Virus record (IMG/VR): IMGVR_UViG_3300020045_017904
Coordinates: 1 to 64,000 of that record
Length of the DNA: 64,000 nt
Strand: one strand, 5' to 3'
DNA from: a virus
Shown: positions 28,537-38,611 of the stretch, in pieces
Layout: each line of letters begins with the position of its first letter
Position numbering within the stretch: position 1 is the first letter of the stretch
Position numbers and translations under genes: made by a program
Notes under the pieces: model-generated
What the model was told of the DNA's origin: nothing
The model's input: only the letters and a program-made list of their open reading frames with translations
Databases searched by the model: none

Positions 28537-30390
28537 TTATGGAATTTCACAACTTCCTCCACCACAACTTACTTCTCCTTGTAGATTTGTAAGATCTGTT
28601 ATTTCAATAACTTTTGTTAAATCAATTTCGTGTAAAAAATTTATCATTTTATTATATGTTTCTTCATTACATGTTTGGAATGGGGCTTGAGAATATGAAT
28701 GGTCATTAAATGGAAGGACTGATAACCCATTATAAAACTTTTTATTATTCCACATCCACTCTCCTACCTTATCCCATTCATTTTCTTTTATAGATATAGT
28801 TGCACTTACATTATTTGTATTATCTCCTTTTCTATGTCCTTTTTTAACCCATTCTATATTAAATTTTTTTATTCTTTCTAATAATTCTAAAGATGTTACT
28901 TCATTTCTTAAAAATGCACCTTTTGGGGCCTCTTGTGGAATTGAAAATATAGCTTGTAAAGAAGGTTTTTCAAAATCATCTTCTAATAATTCTGGAAGAT
29001 GGATTGATAGATAAGTATATAATGGTTCATTTTTTAAAATTCTAATAGTTCTAATGTAAAATTTATCATACCAATCATGAATCCCACTTGATGTTCCTAA
29101 TACTAATGAAGAAGTACCTGATGGTTTTATTGTTGTACATCTTGCTGCTTTATTAATATTTATTATTTTAGCAATTCTTTCATTTTCTTCTTTAACTATA
29201 TATGCAGCTTCTACCAGATTGAATTTAATTATTTCACCTGAAGCTATTCCCGTCATCCCAATTCCTATTAGGGCTTCCTTTTCAACTGTTTTTTTCCATA
29301 TATCTCTTAAGTAATGGAAATTAGTATAAGATGCTTGTAATGTTCCTATAAATGATGCTGATTTTACTCTATTATTTAAATCTTTTTGTGATTCAATATC
29401 ACAAACGTTTATTTCACAAAGATTACACATTTGATAAGGTCTCAATGAAATTTCAGCACAAGGATTAACTCCCCATTCTTTATCATTTGAAAAATAAATT
29501 CCAGGTTCTCCACTATTTGATGTTTCAACCTTCTTCCATAAATCTAAAAATTCATCTTTTTTAATTTTATGACGGAGAATCATTGCTGAATTATTTGCTC
29601 TTCCTCTTTGTGGATTTAATTCCCACCATGCCCCAAATTTACAGGTTAACATTTCCTCATCCCCTAAATCAAATAGAGATATTAAAGCTGCCCTCCTTAT
29701 ACCACCAGATAATACTGCATCTGCTTCATGACATATTATATCATGACATTCTAAAGAAGTTAATTTTTCTCCGTTTTGTTTTCTATCTAATATTTTTTGG
29801 ATATGAAATAAACATTCTTTTAATGGTTCTGGACCTGGGGCTAAACCTCCTGCTGTTTTTAATGGGGTTCCCTTTGGTCTTATATCTCTATAATCAAAAT
29901 TTGGCCTTGCCCCACCAACTAAGTAAGATTTTATTAAAAATTTAATAGCATCTGCCCATCCTTCAATATTATCACTAATTAAATATCGTTTTGTTTTTGT
30001 AGGCAGTTTAATTTCTGGAAGTTTATCAATATTATGATATTGAACACTATATCCAACCCCACAACCACTTAATAACAAAAACATTATTTCAGAAAAACAT
30101 CTATAATTATCAATTGGACAGAAACAACAATTATAAAGCCTTGCATTATTTATCCCAACAGGTTTTCCAGCAAATTGTAAACTACGCATTGATGGTAATA
30201 TTTTTTTATCATATACCATTTTATAATTTTCCTCAATTTCATCTTTCAATAGAGGAAATTTTTCAATATGCATTATTTTATTTCTTGTTACTATTTCATT
30301 CCATGTTTCTCTGCGTTGTTGTTCGGGTAGGTATTTAGAGTATTTCTGATGTATTATTATGTCTGATAGAATTTGTTGGGATATATTCAT
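28537..30390 (-). CDS. nrdJ: class II (B12-dependent) ribonucleotide reductase
   Basis: LPSMRSLQ, YNCC, GGIRRAA, NPCAE, CNLCE, TIKPSGT, C-terminal CGGGSCE. Confidence 0.92.
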   Translation of the reverse strand: MNISQQILSDIIIHQKYSKYLPEQQRRETWNEIVTRNKIMHIEKFPLLKDEIEENYKMVYDKKILPSMRSLQFAGKPVGINNARLYNCCFCPIDNYRCFSEIMFLLLSGCGVGYSVQYHNIDKLPEIKLPTKTKRYLISDNIEGWADAIKFLIKSYLVGGARPNFDYRDIRPKGTPLKTAGGLAPGPEPLKECLFHIQKILDRKQNGEKLTSLECHDIICHEADAVLSGGIRRAALISLFDLGDEEMLTCKFGAWWELNPQRGRANNSAMILRHKIKKDEFLDLWKKVETSNSGEPGIYFSNDKEWGVNPCAEISLRPYQMCNLCEINVCDIESQKDLNNRVKSASFIGTLQASYTNFHYLRDIWKKTVEKEALIGIGMTGIASGEIIKFNLVEAAYIVKEENERIAKIININKAARCTTIKPSGTSSLVLGTSSGIHDWYDKFYIRTIRILKNEPLYTYLSIHLPELLEDDFEKPSLQAIFSIPQEAPKGAFLRNEVTSLELLERIKKFNIEWVKKGHRKGDNTNNVSATISIKENEWDKVGEWMWNNKKFYNGLSVLPFNDHSYSQAPFQTCNEETYNKMINFLHEIDLTKVIEITDLTNLQGEVSCGGGSCEIP

Positions 30391-30415
30391 TTTGTTTTTG
30401 TTGTAATTATAAATA

Positions 30416-31804
30416 TTATTGTATGTTTTTTTCTAATTCAAAAAATTTATTTTTTAAGTAATCTTTTTCATTCTTATTTATTCCCCCATAATTTTTATCT
30501 TTGGGTTTATCATAATCATCATCTAAATCATATTCATTTTCATCAATTTCAATATGACCTGTTCTTGTATCAATTTTTGGGGCAAAATAAGTAACTCCAT
30601 CAATTCCATATCTATTCCCCATAAAATGAAATCTCCCTGTTCCATTTAATCTATCTTTTCTTCCTCTGGCTAAAGAAATAACTATATCCCCTATCATTAA
30701 TTTATCATAAGATCCTCCTATATGAACACTTTCTAATATTTCTTTTTCAGCACCTGTTCTATTAGCTTGAGAAGGAGAACAAACAGGAATATTTTTTTCT
30801 CTTGCTAATCCTTTAGCATCAGTAAAAACATCATCAGTATCATCTTTTCTTTCTTTTCTTGATTTTTTATTCCTCAATAAGTCTAAATAATCAATATATA
30901 AACCCCCAATTTCAATCCCTTCTTGATCTTGTACTTGTTCAAAATGATGTTCAATTGTAGATAATGATGCTCTTTTAGGAGAATACCCTTTTATAATTAT
31001 CTTTCCAGGGATAGTTGACATTACTTCTTCAACTTTATCTCTATGGTTTATTATTTCATCAACAGGTATTCCTGTAAAATATGAATCAAATCTTAATCCA
31101 ACATATGATTCACTTAATTCTAATGAATAATATATAACATTTTTTCCCATTCTTGCGGCTTCTGCAGCCATTGCAACTAATGCCCAAGATTTACCACCTT
31201 TTGGATTCCCAAATATTAATACTAAATCTCCGTTACCATATCCCCCTTGAGTTATTTTATTAAATGTTGGCCATGGAAATGGGATTGGGCTCCTACTATC
31301 TTCTCTATATCTGGTTTCAATATCTTTTTCATATAAATGACCTATATCTTCATTTTTACCTGCTTTTGAAGCATTATTTATTAATTCTCTTATTGAATCA
31401 TACTCACCAGCATTTAATAAATCAACAGAACTTAATAATGCTTTTTTTAGTTGTTGGTTTTTACAAAAATTACTAAATTCATTTTCAACATATTCTAAAT
31501 CATCTGAATCTGATGATTTATATGCTTCCTTTATTTGTTCTTTAATAGATAATTGTAAAGCATCATTATCTATTTTTTTAACCTCTGTTTTTAGAGCATC
31601 AATAGAAATTGTAGTATGATATTTTTCATAAAATTCTAAAATTTGATTAATAATCCATTTTTGCCCAGAATTTCCAAAATATTCATCACTTAAAACATCA
31701 TGAATACTAATAAGAAATTTCTTATTTGTTAAAAGCCCTGATATAACTTTTGTTTGAAAACTTAAACCATAAGCTTCTATACTATTTAATGTTCCTATAA
31801 CCAT
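30416..31804 (-). CDS. DnaB-like replicative helicase (gp41-like)
   Basis: GNPKGGKS, SLELS, IDYLD, SQANR. Confidence 0.9.
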   Translation of the reverse strand: MVIGTLNSIEAYGLSFQTKVISGLLTNKKFLISIHDVLSDEYFGNSGQKWIINQILEFYEKYHTTISIDALKTEVKKIDNDALQLSIKEQIKEAYKSSDSDDLEYVENEFSNFCKNQQLKKALLSSVDLLNAGEYDSIRELINNASKAGKNEDIGHLYEKDIETRYREDSRSPIPFPWPTFNKITQGGYGNGDLVLIFGNPKGGKSWALVAMAAEAARMGKNVIYYSLELSESYVGLRFDSYFTGIPVDEIINHRDKVEEVMSTIPGKIIIKGYSPKRASLSTIEHHFEQVQDQEGIEIGGLYIDYLDLLRNKKSRKERKDDTDDVFTDAKGLAREKNIPVCSPSQANRTGAEKEILESVHIGGSYDKLMIGDIVISLARGRKDRLNGTGRFHFMGNRYGIDGVTYFAPKIDTRTGHIEIDENEYDLDDDYDKPKDKNYGGINKNEKDYLKNKFFELEKNIQ

Positions 31805-31807
31805 TTT

Positions 31808-32845
31808 TTAATTTATATTTTCTAATTCTAAAAATATTTCATTTATCCAATTATCTACATTTCTAATTGAATTATTTAATCCATCATCTTTATATAATTT
31901 CATAAAATCTTTTTTATTTAATTTAGGAATATTTGTTTCTGCAAATTGTTCCAATCCATTTTTTTCCTCATCATCAATAATTGGATTTTTTAAATCCATT
32001 ATTTTATAATTTCTTTTAATGTTTTCTTTTTCAAATAATATTCTTGCATAAATTAAATGTTCTTTATACCTCTTTTCACAAATATTAAATATATCTTCTA
32101 AAGAAACATACTTTAAATTTAATTCTGGGAAGTATTTTTTTAATTTTTTCTCTCCTAATCCTTTAATTCCTGATATTTTGTCTGAATTATCACCTAATAA
32201 TGTTTTATAAATAATAAAATTTTCAGATAATAATTTAAATTTATTTCTTACTGAACTACTATCATAAAATTCCTTTTCTGATGGTCTATAAACTATAACA
32301 TTATCATTTACCAGTTGTATAAAATCGTTATCATTTGAAACTATAACAACAGTTGAATTGTGTTTTTCTTTAAAAAAAGAACTATAATGAGCTATAACAT
32401 CATCTGCTTCTACTTTGTCAATACTTAATGTTTTAACAGGTAAACATTTAAGATAATGAATTAATCTTATTACTTGGGAAATCTTTGCATCTTGTTCTTC
32501 CTCAATATTTTCAAATGCATCCCAATTCGTAACTCTATTAACATTTCTTCCAGATTTATATTCAGGAAGTAAATTTTTTCGATTTTGTGATGAACCTAAT
32601 CCATCAAAAACAACATAAACAGAAGTGGGTTGGATGATTCTAATTAAAGCTCCTAAAGATCTTAAAGATCCACTCAACCCACCAATATGATTACCTGATT
32701 CATTTATGAAATTTACCATAGCAAAATTTCTCATAAATAAATTCAATCCATCTATTAATAAAACTTTTTCATGTTTATTCCTTTTAGGATTATTATTTTC
32801 AATAGTAACATTATTTAATACTTTTAATAAATCAGATTTATTCAT
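31808..32845 (-). CDS. 5'-3' exonuclease / T4 RNase H-like
   Basis: LIDGLN, VFDG, EYKSGR, EADD, GDNSDKISGIKGLG. Confidence 0.92.
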   Translation of the reverse strand: MNKSDLLKVLNNVTIENNNPKRNKHEKVLLIDGLNLFMRNFAMVNFINESGNHIGGLSGSLRSLGALIRIIQPTSVYVVFDGLGSSQNRKNLLPEYKSGRNVNRVTNWDAFENIEEEQDAKISQVIRLIHYLKCLPVKTLSIDKVEADDVIAHYSSFFKEKHNSTVVIVSNDNDFIQLVNDNVIVYRPSEKEFYDSSSVRNKFKLLSENFIIYKTLLGDNSDKISGIKGLGEKKLKKYFPELNLKYVSLEDIFNICEKRYKEHLIYARILFEKENIKRNYKIMDLKNPIIDDEEKNGLEQFAETNIPKLNKKDFMKLYKDDGLNNSIRNVDNWINEIFLELENIN

Positions 32846-33450
32846 TATTTATCTCCTTTATCTCTATTTCCTATTTCATTCATATATCCTAAATTTTGTG
32901 CTATTTCTGTTGTTTTAAATAATGGTTGTAAATTTGTGTAGTGGAAACATTTTTCTTGTTCCTCTAATTTTGTTAAATTAAATTTCACACAGGGTAATAT
33001 ATGATCTATTTCCCAAATTTCACCATGGTTTAACCATGTCATTTCGGGTTTAAATTGAGATTCGAGATAAATTTTAAGTTGTTCAACAGAACAACCTATT
33101 AAATTTAAAACTGATGTTTTCTTATTTTCATTTTTAATAGATTTCCAAAACCTCCCTCTTAATATTTTTCTTAATTTATGCTGTATATCATTTTTCCATT
33201 TATTTTTATTATATATATTTTGTTTTTCTCTATTTTCTGATTTGTATTTTTTATCGTATTTTTTAAATTCTTCTATTTCATTAATTCTTTTTTCTTTATG
33301 ATATTTTAATTGCTTATCCCTATTTTTTTGGTCATATTCTCTTTTACATTCTTTACAATGAGAATTCCTGCCCAATTTCCCTTTTTTATCTAAACTAAAG
33401 TCATTTAATATTTTTTTATTATTACACTTCCTACAAAATTTGGTTTCCAT
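32845..33450 (-). mobile_element. HNH-type homing endonuclease
   Basis: CRKC..CKEC; GCS, MTWLNHG.WEIDHI.PC..CFHYTNLQPL. Confidence 0.85.
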
Positions 33451-33483
33451 AATATTTTATTATAAATATGTGGAAAGCCTCTT

Positions 33484-34602
33484 TTATTCAAAATCAACTA
33501 GATTTGTAATATCTTCTTTTTCATTCCATTCAGAAGAATCTTCTGTTATTTTGTATTCCCCTTCTCCTAAAATATTTACCCATTCTTGGGAATGTAATTT
33601 TTTATATTTTGTTAATGAATTAGGCGTATCATCTATAAAACCATGTATTGTACTAACAACTGTTCCTTTGGTAGTAATACCAGTAACATGATTCTTGTCA
33701 CAAGATATTTTTGTTCTTAAAGCATATTCTACCTCTTTTCCATTTTTTACAGCTTTTATTTTTGAAGTACCACTATTTGTTACATTTCCAAAAGTTAAAA
33801 CTAAAGAAGAATCATAAAAAAATGTATTACCTCCTTTATTTGTCATTCTTGGTCTTGACATTGGTCCTTCAGCTGGAGAAACTCCTGTTTTATTAACAAT
33901 TAAAAATGTATTCGTGTATTTTTTATCTTCTTTTCTTGATAATATTATTTTTTGATTTATAAAATTACCAAAATTAGTTGCAATACTTCCTGCGACCCAC
34001 ATTGGATTGTTTTTGTTTTGTTCAATACTCATTTGACATGTTATAGAACCAACACTATCCCAAGCTATTAATAAATCATAAGGTAAATTTCCTTTATTTT
34101 GTTCATCTAATAAATCTAAAATAAAATTAGCTATATCTTCTGTTGTATTAAGAGTACTTCTATCTTTATAAATAAAGAAACCTTCATGATTAATAACAAC
34201 TCCTTTCTCATCTAAAACATCTTCCATTGCAAACCCCATTGTTTTAAAGTGATTAAAATCATGTTTCATTTCAGTTATTATTAATACAGGAAGAACCCCC
34301 ATCTTCTGAGCATTAACAACAGTTTCTATAAATGTTGTAGATTTTCCTGTATTAGAACCTCCCCTAATCATTGAAATATGACCCATAGGGATACCTGGTA
34401 TTCCTAAGGCATCTTGTAATGCTTGGGAAAAGGGAATCCATTTCTGTTCTTTAAATTTAATATTTCCATTTAATAATTTTTTTTCTTTAAATTTTTCTAA
34501 ACTAAAATCTTTTTTTAACTCGGAAGAAATAGCCTCAGTTAATGAGGCTTTCTTCTCTTGTCCTTTTTCCTTCAGCAAAGCTGTTAAATCTTTTTTTGCC
34601 AT
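33484..34602 (-). CDS. uvsX: RecA/UvsX recombinase
   Basis: GGSNTGKST, WDSVGS, KGG. Confidence 0.85.
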   Translation of the reverse strand: MAKKDLTALLKEKGQEKKASLTEAISSELKKDFSLEKFKEKKLLNGNIKFKEQKWIPFSQALQDALGIPGIPMGHISMIRGGSNTGKSTTFIETVVNAQKMGVLPVLIITEMKHDFNHFKTMGFAMEDVLDEKGVVINHEGFFIYKDRSTLNTTEDIANFILDLLDEQNKGNLPYDLLIAWDSVGSITCQMSIEQNKNNPMWVAGSIATNFGNFINQKIILSRKEDKKYTNTFLIVNKTGVSPAEGPMSRPRMTNKGGNTFFYDSSLVLTFGNVTNSGTSKIKAVKNGKEVEYALRTKISCDKNHVTGITTKGTVVSTIHGFIDDTPNSLTKYKKLHSQEWVNILGEGEYKITEDSSEWNEKEDITNLVDFE

Positions 34603-34611
34603 AAGTTTTAG

Positions 34612-35406
34612 TTATTTTTCGTCTTCTTCAAACAATTTTTCAAATTTATTTGATTTAGAATTTGATTTTTTAGTTGGTTCATCAACAACACTGCTTGGTG
34701 GAGTTACAACTTCTTCTTTATCTTCTGATTCTGGATCTGGGGATAACCAATTTTGAAGTATTTCTTTCAATGTATCAAAATCATATTTCTTTTGAACTTC
34801 TAAAATATTAGGTTGATTTTCAAGCCATGTTTTTATTTGTTCAGCATCTTCACTTAATTTTGTAGTTTTAGGTTTTATTCTTAAAGAACATTTAATTCCT
34901 TGACGACCACCCACTTCTCCTACAACTGCATCTATTGTGAAATCTCTTCCTTCATTTACATCGGTATAATCTCCATAATCTTCATCATCAGCTATTCCTA
35001 ATAATTGATTATAAATCTCTTTTCCAAATTCCCAAAGTCTTACTCCTTTTTCTTCTTCTCCCCTTACTATAACAGGAGCAAAAATTCTGGTTTTTGGGTA
35101 TATCTTACCAGCCATTGTCCAATCTTCTTTATCATTGGATTTTTTTAGTTGTTTTACAAATTCTACAATTGGATCTTTTTCACCCCAATTAGAAAGAGCA
35201 AATATAGGGAATTTTGCAAATCCATAATGCACTAATACTTCTTTAAAAGGCATTTTTTCGTCCCACTTAGAATTTAAAATTCTTATTTGGTATTTACCTG
35301 CTGCTTTTGGTTTCCAATAAATTGTACTGTAGTCAATTTTTTCTTTTTTTTCACCCTTAGGTGCGTTCATTTCTGTTAATCGGTTTTTGATTGCTTTTAA
35401 ATCCAT
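34612..35406 (-). CDS. single-stranded DNA-binding protein (gp32-like)
   Basis: YWKP..QIRI..HY..DPI..VIVRGEE..GVRLWEFG..GRD; acidic tail. Confidence 0.85.
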   Translation of the reverse strand: MDLKAIKNRLTEMNAPKGEKKEKIDYSTIYWKPKAAGKYQIRILNSKWDEKMPFKEVLVHYGFAKFPIFALSNWGEKDPIVEFVKQLKKSNDKEDWTMAGKIYPKTRIFAPVIVRGEEEKGVRLWEFGKEIYNQLLGIADDEDYGDYTDVNEGRDFTIDAVVGEVGGRQGIKCSLRIKPKTTKLSEDAEQIKTWLENQPNILEVQKKYDFDTLKEILQNWLSPDPESEDKEEVVTPPSSVVDEPTKKSNSKSNKFEKLFEEDEK

Positions 35407-35486
35407 TTTCGTTTTTTATTTAAGTTGTTATTTATTTAATTCGTTTGTCTTAGACAATATATGTTTTTCCTTTTAAGGAAACTAAT

Positions 35487-36293
35487 TTAAATTTTATTTT
35501 TCATTTCCCACTTATACCCAAATGCTGTCTTTTGTCTTTTTTTAATACAAGCTGTAATTCCAGAAGCATTTTTTGTTTTATTAAAATATAAATAAGCATC
35601 TTTTATGGAATCCCATTCTTTTATTAAATTTCCATCTAAATCATATTGTAATACTGATTTTGTATTCCATGGTCTTGGGATACTCATATTTATTTTAGCT
35701 TGCTCAGATCTGGGTTTTCTTAATTTTATTTTTCTTTCTTCTGATAATGGTTTTCTTAATAAATCTTTAGTTTGTTCAGAACAAATAAATCCAGGTTTTC
35801 TTCCAAAAGTTTTCCCTTCTTGTAGTATTCTTTTATACCCACTATTTTTATCTTTTCTTATTTTTCTATTAATTCTCTTTTTACCCAAATTATATTTATG
35901 ACCTTTATTAAAATTACTTATATAATCTTTTTCTTTTTGAGATTTTGTATGTTTTCCTTTATTAGATCTACTTATTTTATCTTTAGTTTCCTGAGATTTA
36001 TATCCACCTTTATAATCTTTTAATTGACAAAATAAAGCATTTTCCCAACCAAACTTATCAATAAATTCTTTTTTATATTGATATTCTTTTTCATCTAATT
36101 CTTCTAAAGAACATTCTTCAATAATTTCGAAAATATGTTTTTCAAAACCATGTTTTTTGAGAGATCTATATATTTTTGGTTGAGACAAACATTGTAAATT
36201 TTTATATTTACTTTCCCTTAATTTAATATTTAAAGATTGACCAATATAGGATTTATTATTGGGATTAGTTATTTTATATATTCCTATTATCAA
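35487..36293 (-). mobile_element. GIY-YIG homing endonuclease with NUMOD motifs
   Basis: GIYKIT..SYIGQS; QYDLDGNLIKEW..KTAFGYKW. Confidence 0.9.
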
Positions 36294-36294
36294 A

Positions 36295-36738
36295 TTATAT
36301 ATTAATAATATTAAAAATATTAGTTTTTAACTGTTTGAAATTACCATTTTGAGTAACTAAAATACTATTTTTATATTTACTCCAATCTATAATAAAATTT
36401 TTATCTATTCTCCCCCCATTTAATTCTTTAACTAATGAATTTAATGAATTTAATGAATATAATACATTATATTCTTTATTTCTATGAACTGAAATTGTAT
36501 TAGATGGAATATTATTTATATTTCCAATTTCAATATTATAAGTTATTGCAAATTCTTCACTATCTTTTATTTGAAGAACAAATATCTTATTATATAAGAT
36601 TGTATAAACAGATTTTGTATATTCTACAATATTATCTATATCTTCTTTCGTTGTAAATGTTAAAAACAATTTATTATTCAACCCTGTTTGTTTATTATAC
36701 ATATTAAAAATATTATTAAAAATTATAATTTTCCCCAA
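36295..36738 (-). CDS. conserved phage hypothetical protein
   Basis: KLFLTF..TYNI..VHRNKE.N.LYSLN.LN. Confidence 0.6.
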   Translation of the reverse strand: MGKIIIFNNIFNMYNKQTGLNNKLFLTFTTKEDIDNIVEYTKSVYTILYNKIFVLQIKDSEEFAITYNIEIGNINNIPSNTISVHRNKEYNVLYSLNSLNSLVKELNGGRIDKNFIIDWSKYKNSILVTQNGNFKQLKTNIFNIINI

Positions 36739-37984
36739 TTTTTATTTTAAAATTTAAATTATTTTCACGCAAATATTCGTATATTTTTTCCATTGTTTCT
36801 TGTTCATTTTTATCAAAATCAAATAACATAGAATCATAACAATATAAAACTATTTTAGTATTTTTTCCTCTTAAAATTTTAATTATATCCCACATTATTA
36901 AAACATTATTAGTTGTTTCTTTTAATTGTAAAACATAATTAAATAATTTATTTGGGTTCATATTTTCTAATTTTTCTTTATCAAAAATATGACCACTTAT
37001 TTCATCTTTTATAAAACCTTCTGAATTAAATTTGTTCCATAATTCATTAATATAAATTTGAGTTTTTTTAAAAAATTCCCAATCTTTATATTTTTTATTT
37101 ATATTTCCATATAAATTTCTAAATACTTCTTTTTTTGATTCTTCTAAACTTAAACCTGAATATTTGGAAAATGTTTCATAAATTGGTTTTTCAAAATTAT
37201 AATTTACTAATTGGGAAACCAGAAAGGGGTGGTAAGCAGAAAAATCTATTTCGATAAATTTATTATTTGATGGGATAAAACATTTCCTTACCCCATCTTC
37301 TTTATTTAAAGCAGCAAAATTTATTCCATTAAAAGAATTAGATGGTCTTCTTGTTAGAGTATGCAAATTATATTGTGTATAACACGTCTTGAAACGTATA
37401 TTAAACATTTGGTTTATATTACCATAGTATTCCGTGAATAATGGTTGTTCTATGTTAAATCCGTTATTTTCTATATAAAAAAATACTATATCTGCTTTAT
37501 CATTAAATTTATTTCTTTCAGATGGGAAATATGGTTTGATGTTTTTATAAATTAATTCAAATTTTTCATAATGTTTTGTTATAGGAATTATTTTATTTAT
37601 TTCCAAATTATTAGGATATAAATTGTAAAAATGTTGATAAACGTTATTTGTTATTTGCTCTAAATTAGGACAATTATATAAAATATCAATACTACTATTT
37701 AATTGGAAATAATGTAAAAATTGTTTTTTGTTTCTTACATATAAATTTTCATAAGTTTTTAAAAAATTCTCAACATCACTAAAATTCAATGACAAAGATT
37801 CACTATGATCTAAACATAAAATATATGCTTTTTTAGATTCAATAGGTTTTAAATATATTAAAGATATGTTATTTAAAGAAGGATGTAATAAATCATTATA
37901 AGGAATAATTTCAATAAAAGCAGACCTATATTCTTTTAATTGTAATTTTTCCAGTTGTTCATAACATTCAATTACCCAAAACAT
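36716..37984 (-). CDS. short family A DNA polymerase-like protein
   Basis: TRRPSN..INFAAL, EIDFSAYHP, K..VFRNLYG, NYVLQ..ET, YDS. Confidence 0.8.
   Translation of the reverse strand: MFWVIECYEQLEKLQLKEYRSAFIEIIPYNDLLHPSLNNISLIYLKPIESKKAYILCLDHSESLSLNFSDVENFLKTYENLYVRNKKQFLHYFQLNSSIDILYNCPNLEQITNNVYQHFYNLYPNNLEINKIIPITKHYEKFELIYKNIKPYFPSERNKFNDKADIVFFYIENNGFNIEQPLFTEYYGNINQMFNIRFKTCYTQYNLHTLTRRPSNSFNGINFAALNKEDGVRKCFIPSNNKFIEIDFSAYHPFLVSQLVNYNFEKPIYETFSKYSGLSLEESKKEVFRNLYGNINKKYKDWEFFKKTQIYINELWNKFNSEGFIKDEISGHIFDKEKLENMNPNKLFNYVLQLKETTNNVLIMWDIIKILRGKNTKIVLYCYDSMLFDFDKNEQETMEKIYEYLRENNLNFKIKIGENYNF
37382..37404. repeat. CG-rich motif copy inside the polA-like gene
   Basis: ACACGTCTTGAAACGTATATTAA. 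Confidence 0.5.
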
Positions 37985-38032
37985 ATAACCTTTTTAATAT
38001 ATTAATAAAATAATATAAAATATTAAATTATC

Positions 38033-38608
38033 CTAGTCTTTAAAATATTTAGTATAATCTTCTTTTAAAAATGTGGAAAAAGATACTAATTTTAATTTTA
38101 ATGAATAATATTCAACTATACTTTTATTAGTTTTATAAACTTTTTGTTTATTACCTTTTATTTTCCAAGGTATTGAAAAAGGAATATATAATTCCCAATT
38201 AATAGTGTCTTCTTGATTATTTAATTGATCAAAAGTAATATTATCAATTTCAATATAAATTAATTCATTAGATTTTTTACAAAAAAACCTTGTAAAAGTT
38301 TCATTATCATAATCTACTGATGTTGGTGAGGGTTGAATAAATAAAGGATTTGTTTTAGGTAAATTTTTTGATTTTGTAATTATCAAATAATCATAATTAT
38401 TTCTTTTACTTAAAATTTCTGTATTATATTTTTCCCCTGAGGTAGAAATTAATTCTTGAGTATTTATATCATCTGGGGTTAATCCACTAAATAATTGACC
38501 AGAAGATATTTTATAATAAGGACCATTATAAATTGTCCCATTAGATTTATATACTAAATCTCCATTACTAAATAATCCTGTTGTTATTTGAGATTGAGGA
38601 TAGTACAT
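38033..38608 (-). CDS. hypothetical baseplate-region protein
   Basis: ORF downstream of the hub/lysin gene. Confidence 0.55.
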   Translation of the reverse strand: MYYPQSQITTGLFSNGDLVYKSNGTIYNGPYYKISSGQLFSGLTPDDINTQELISTSGEKYNTEILSKRNNYDYLIITKSKNLPKTNPLFIQPSPTSVDYDNETFTRFFCKKSNELIYIEIDNITFDQLNNQEDTINWELYIPFSIPWKIKGNKQKVYKTNKSIVEYYSLKLKLVSFSTFLKEDYTKYFKD

Positions 38609-38611
38609 TTT

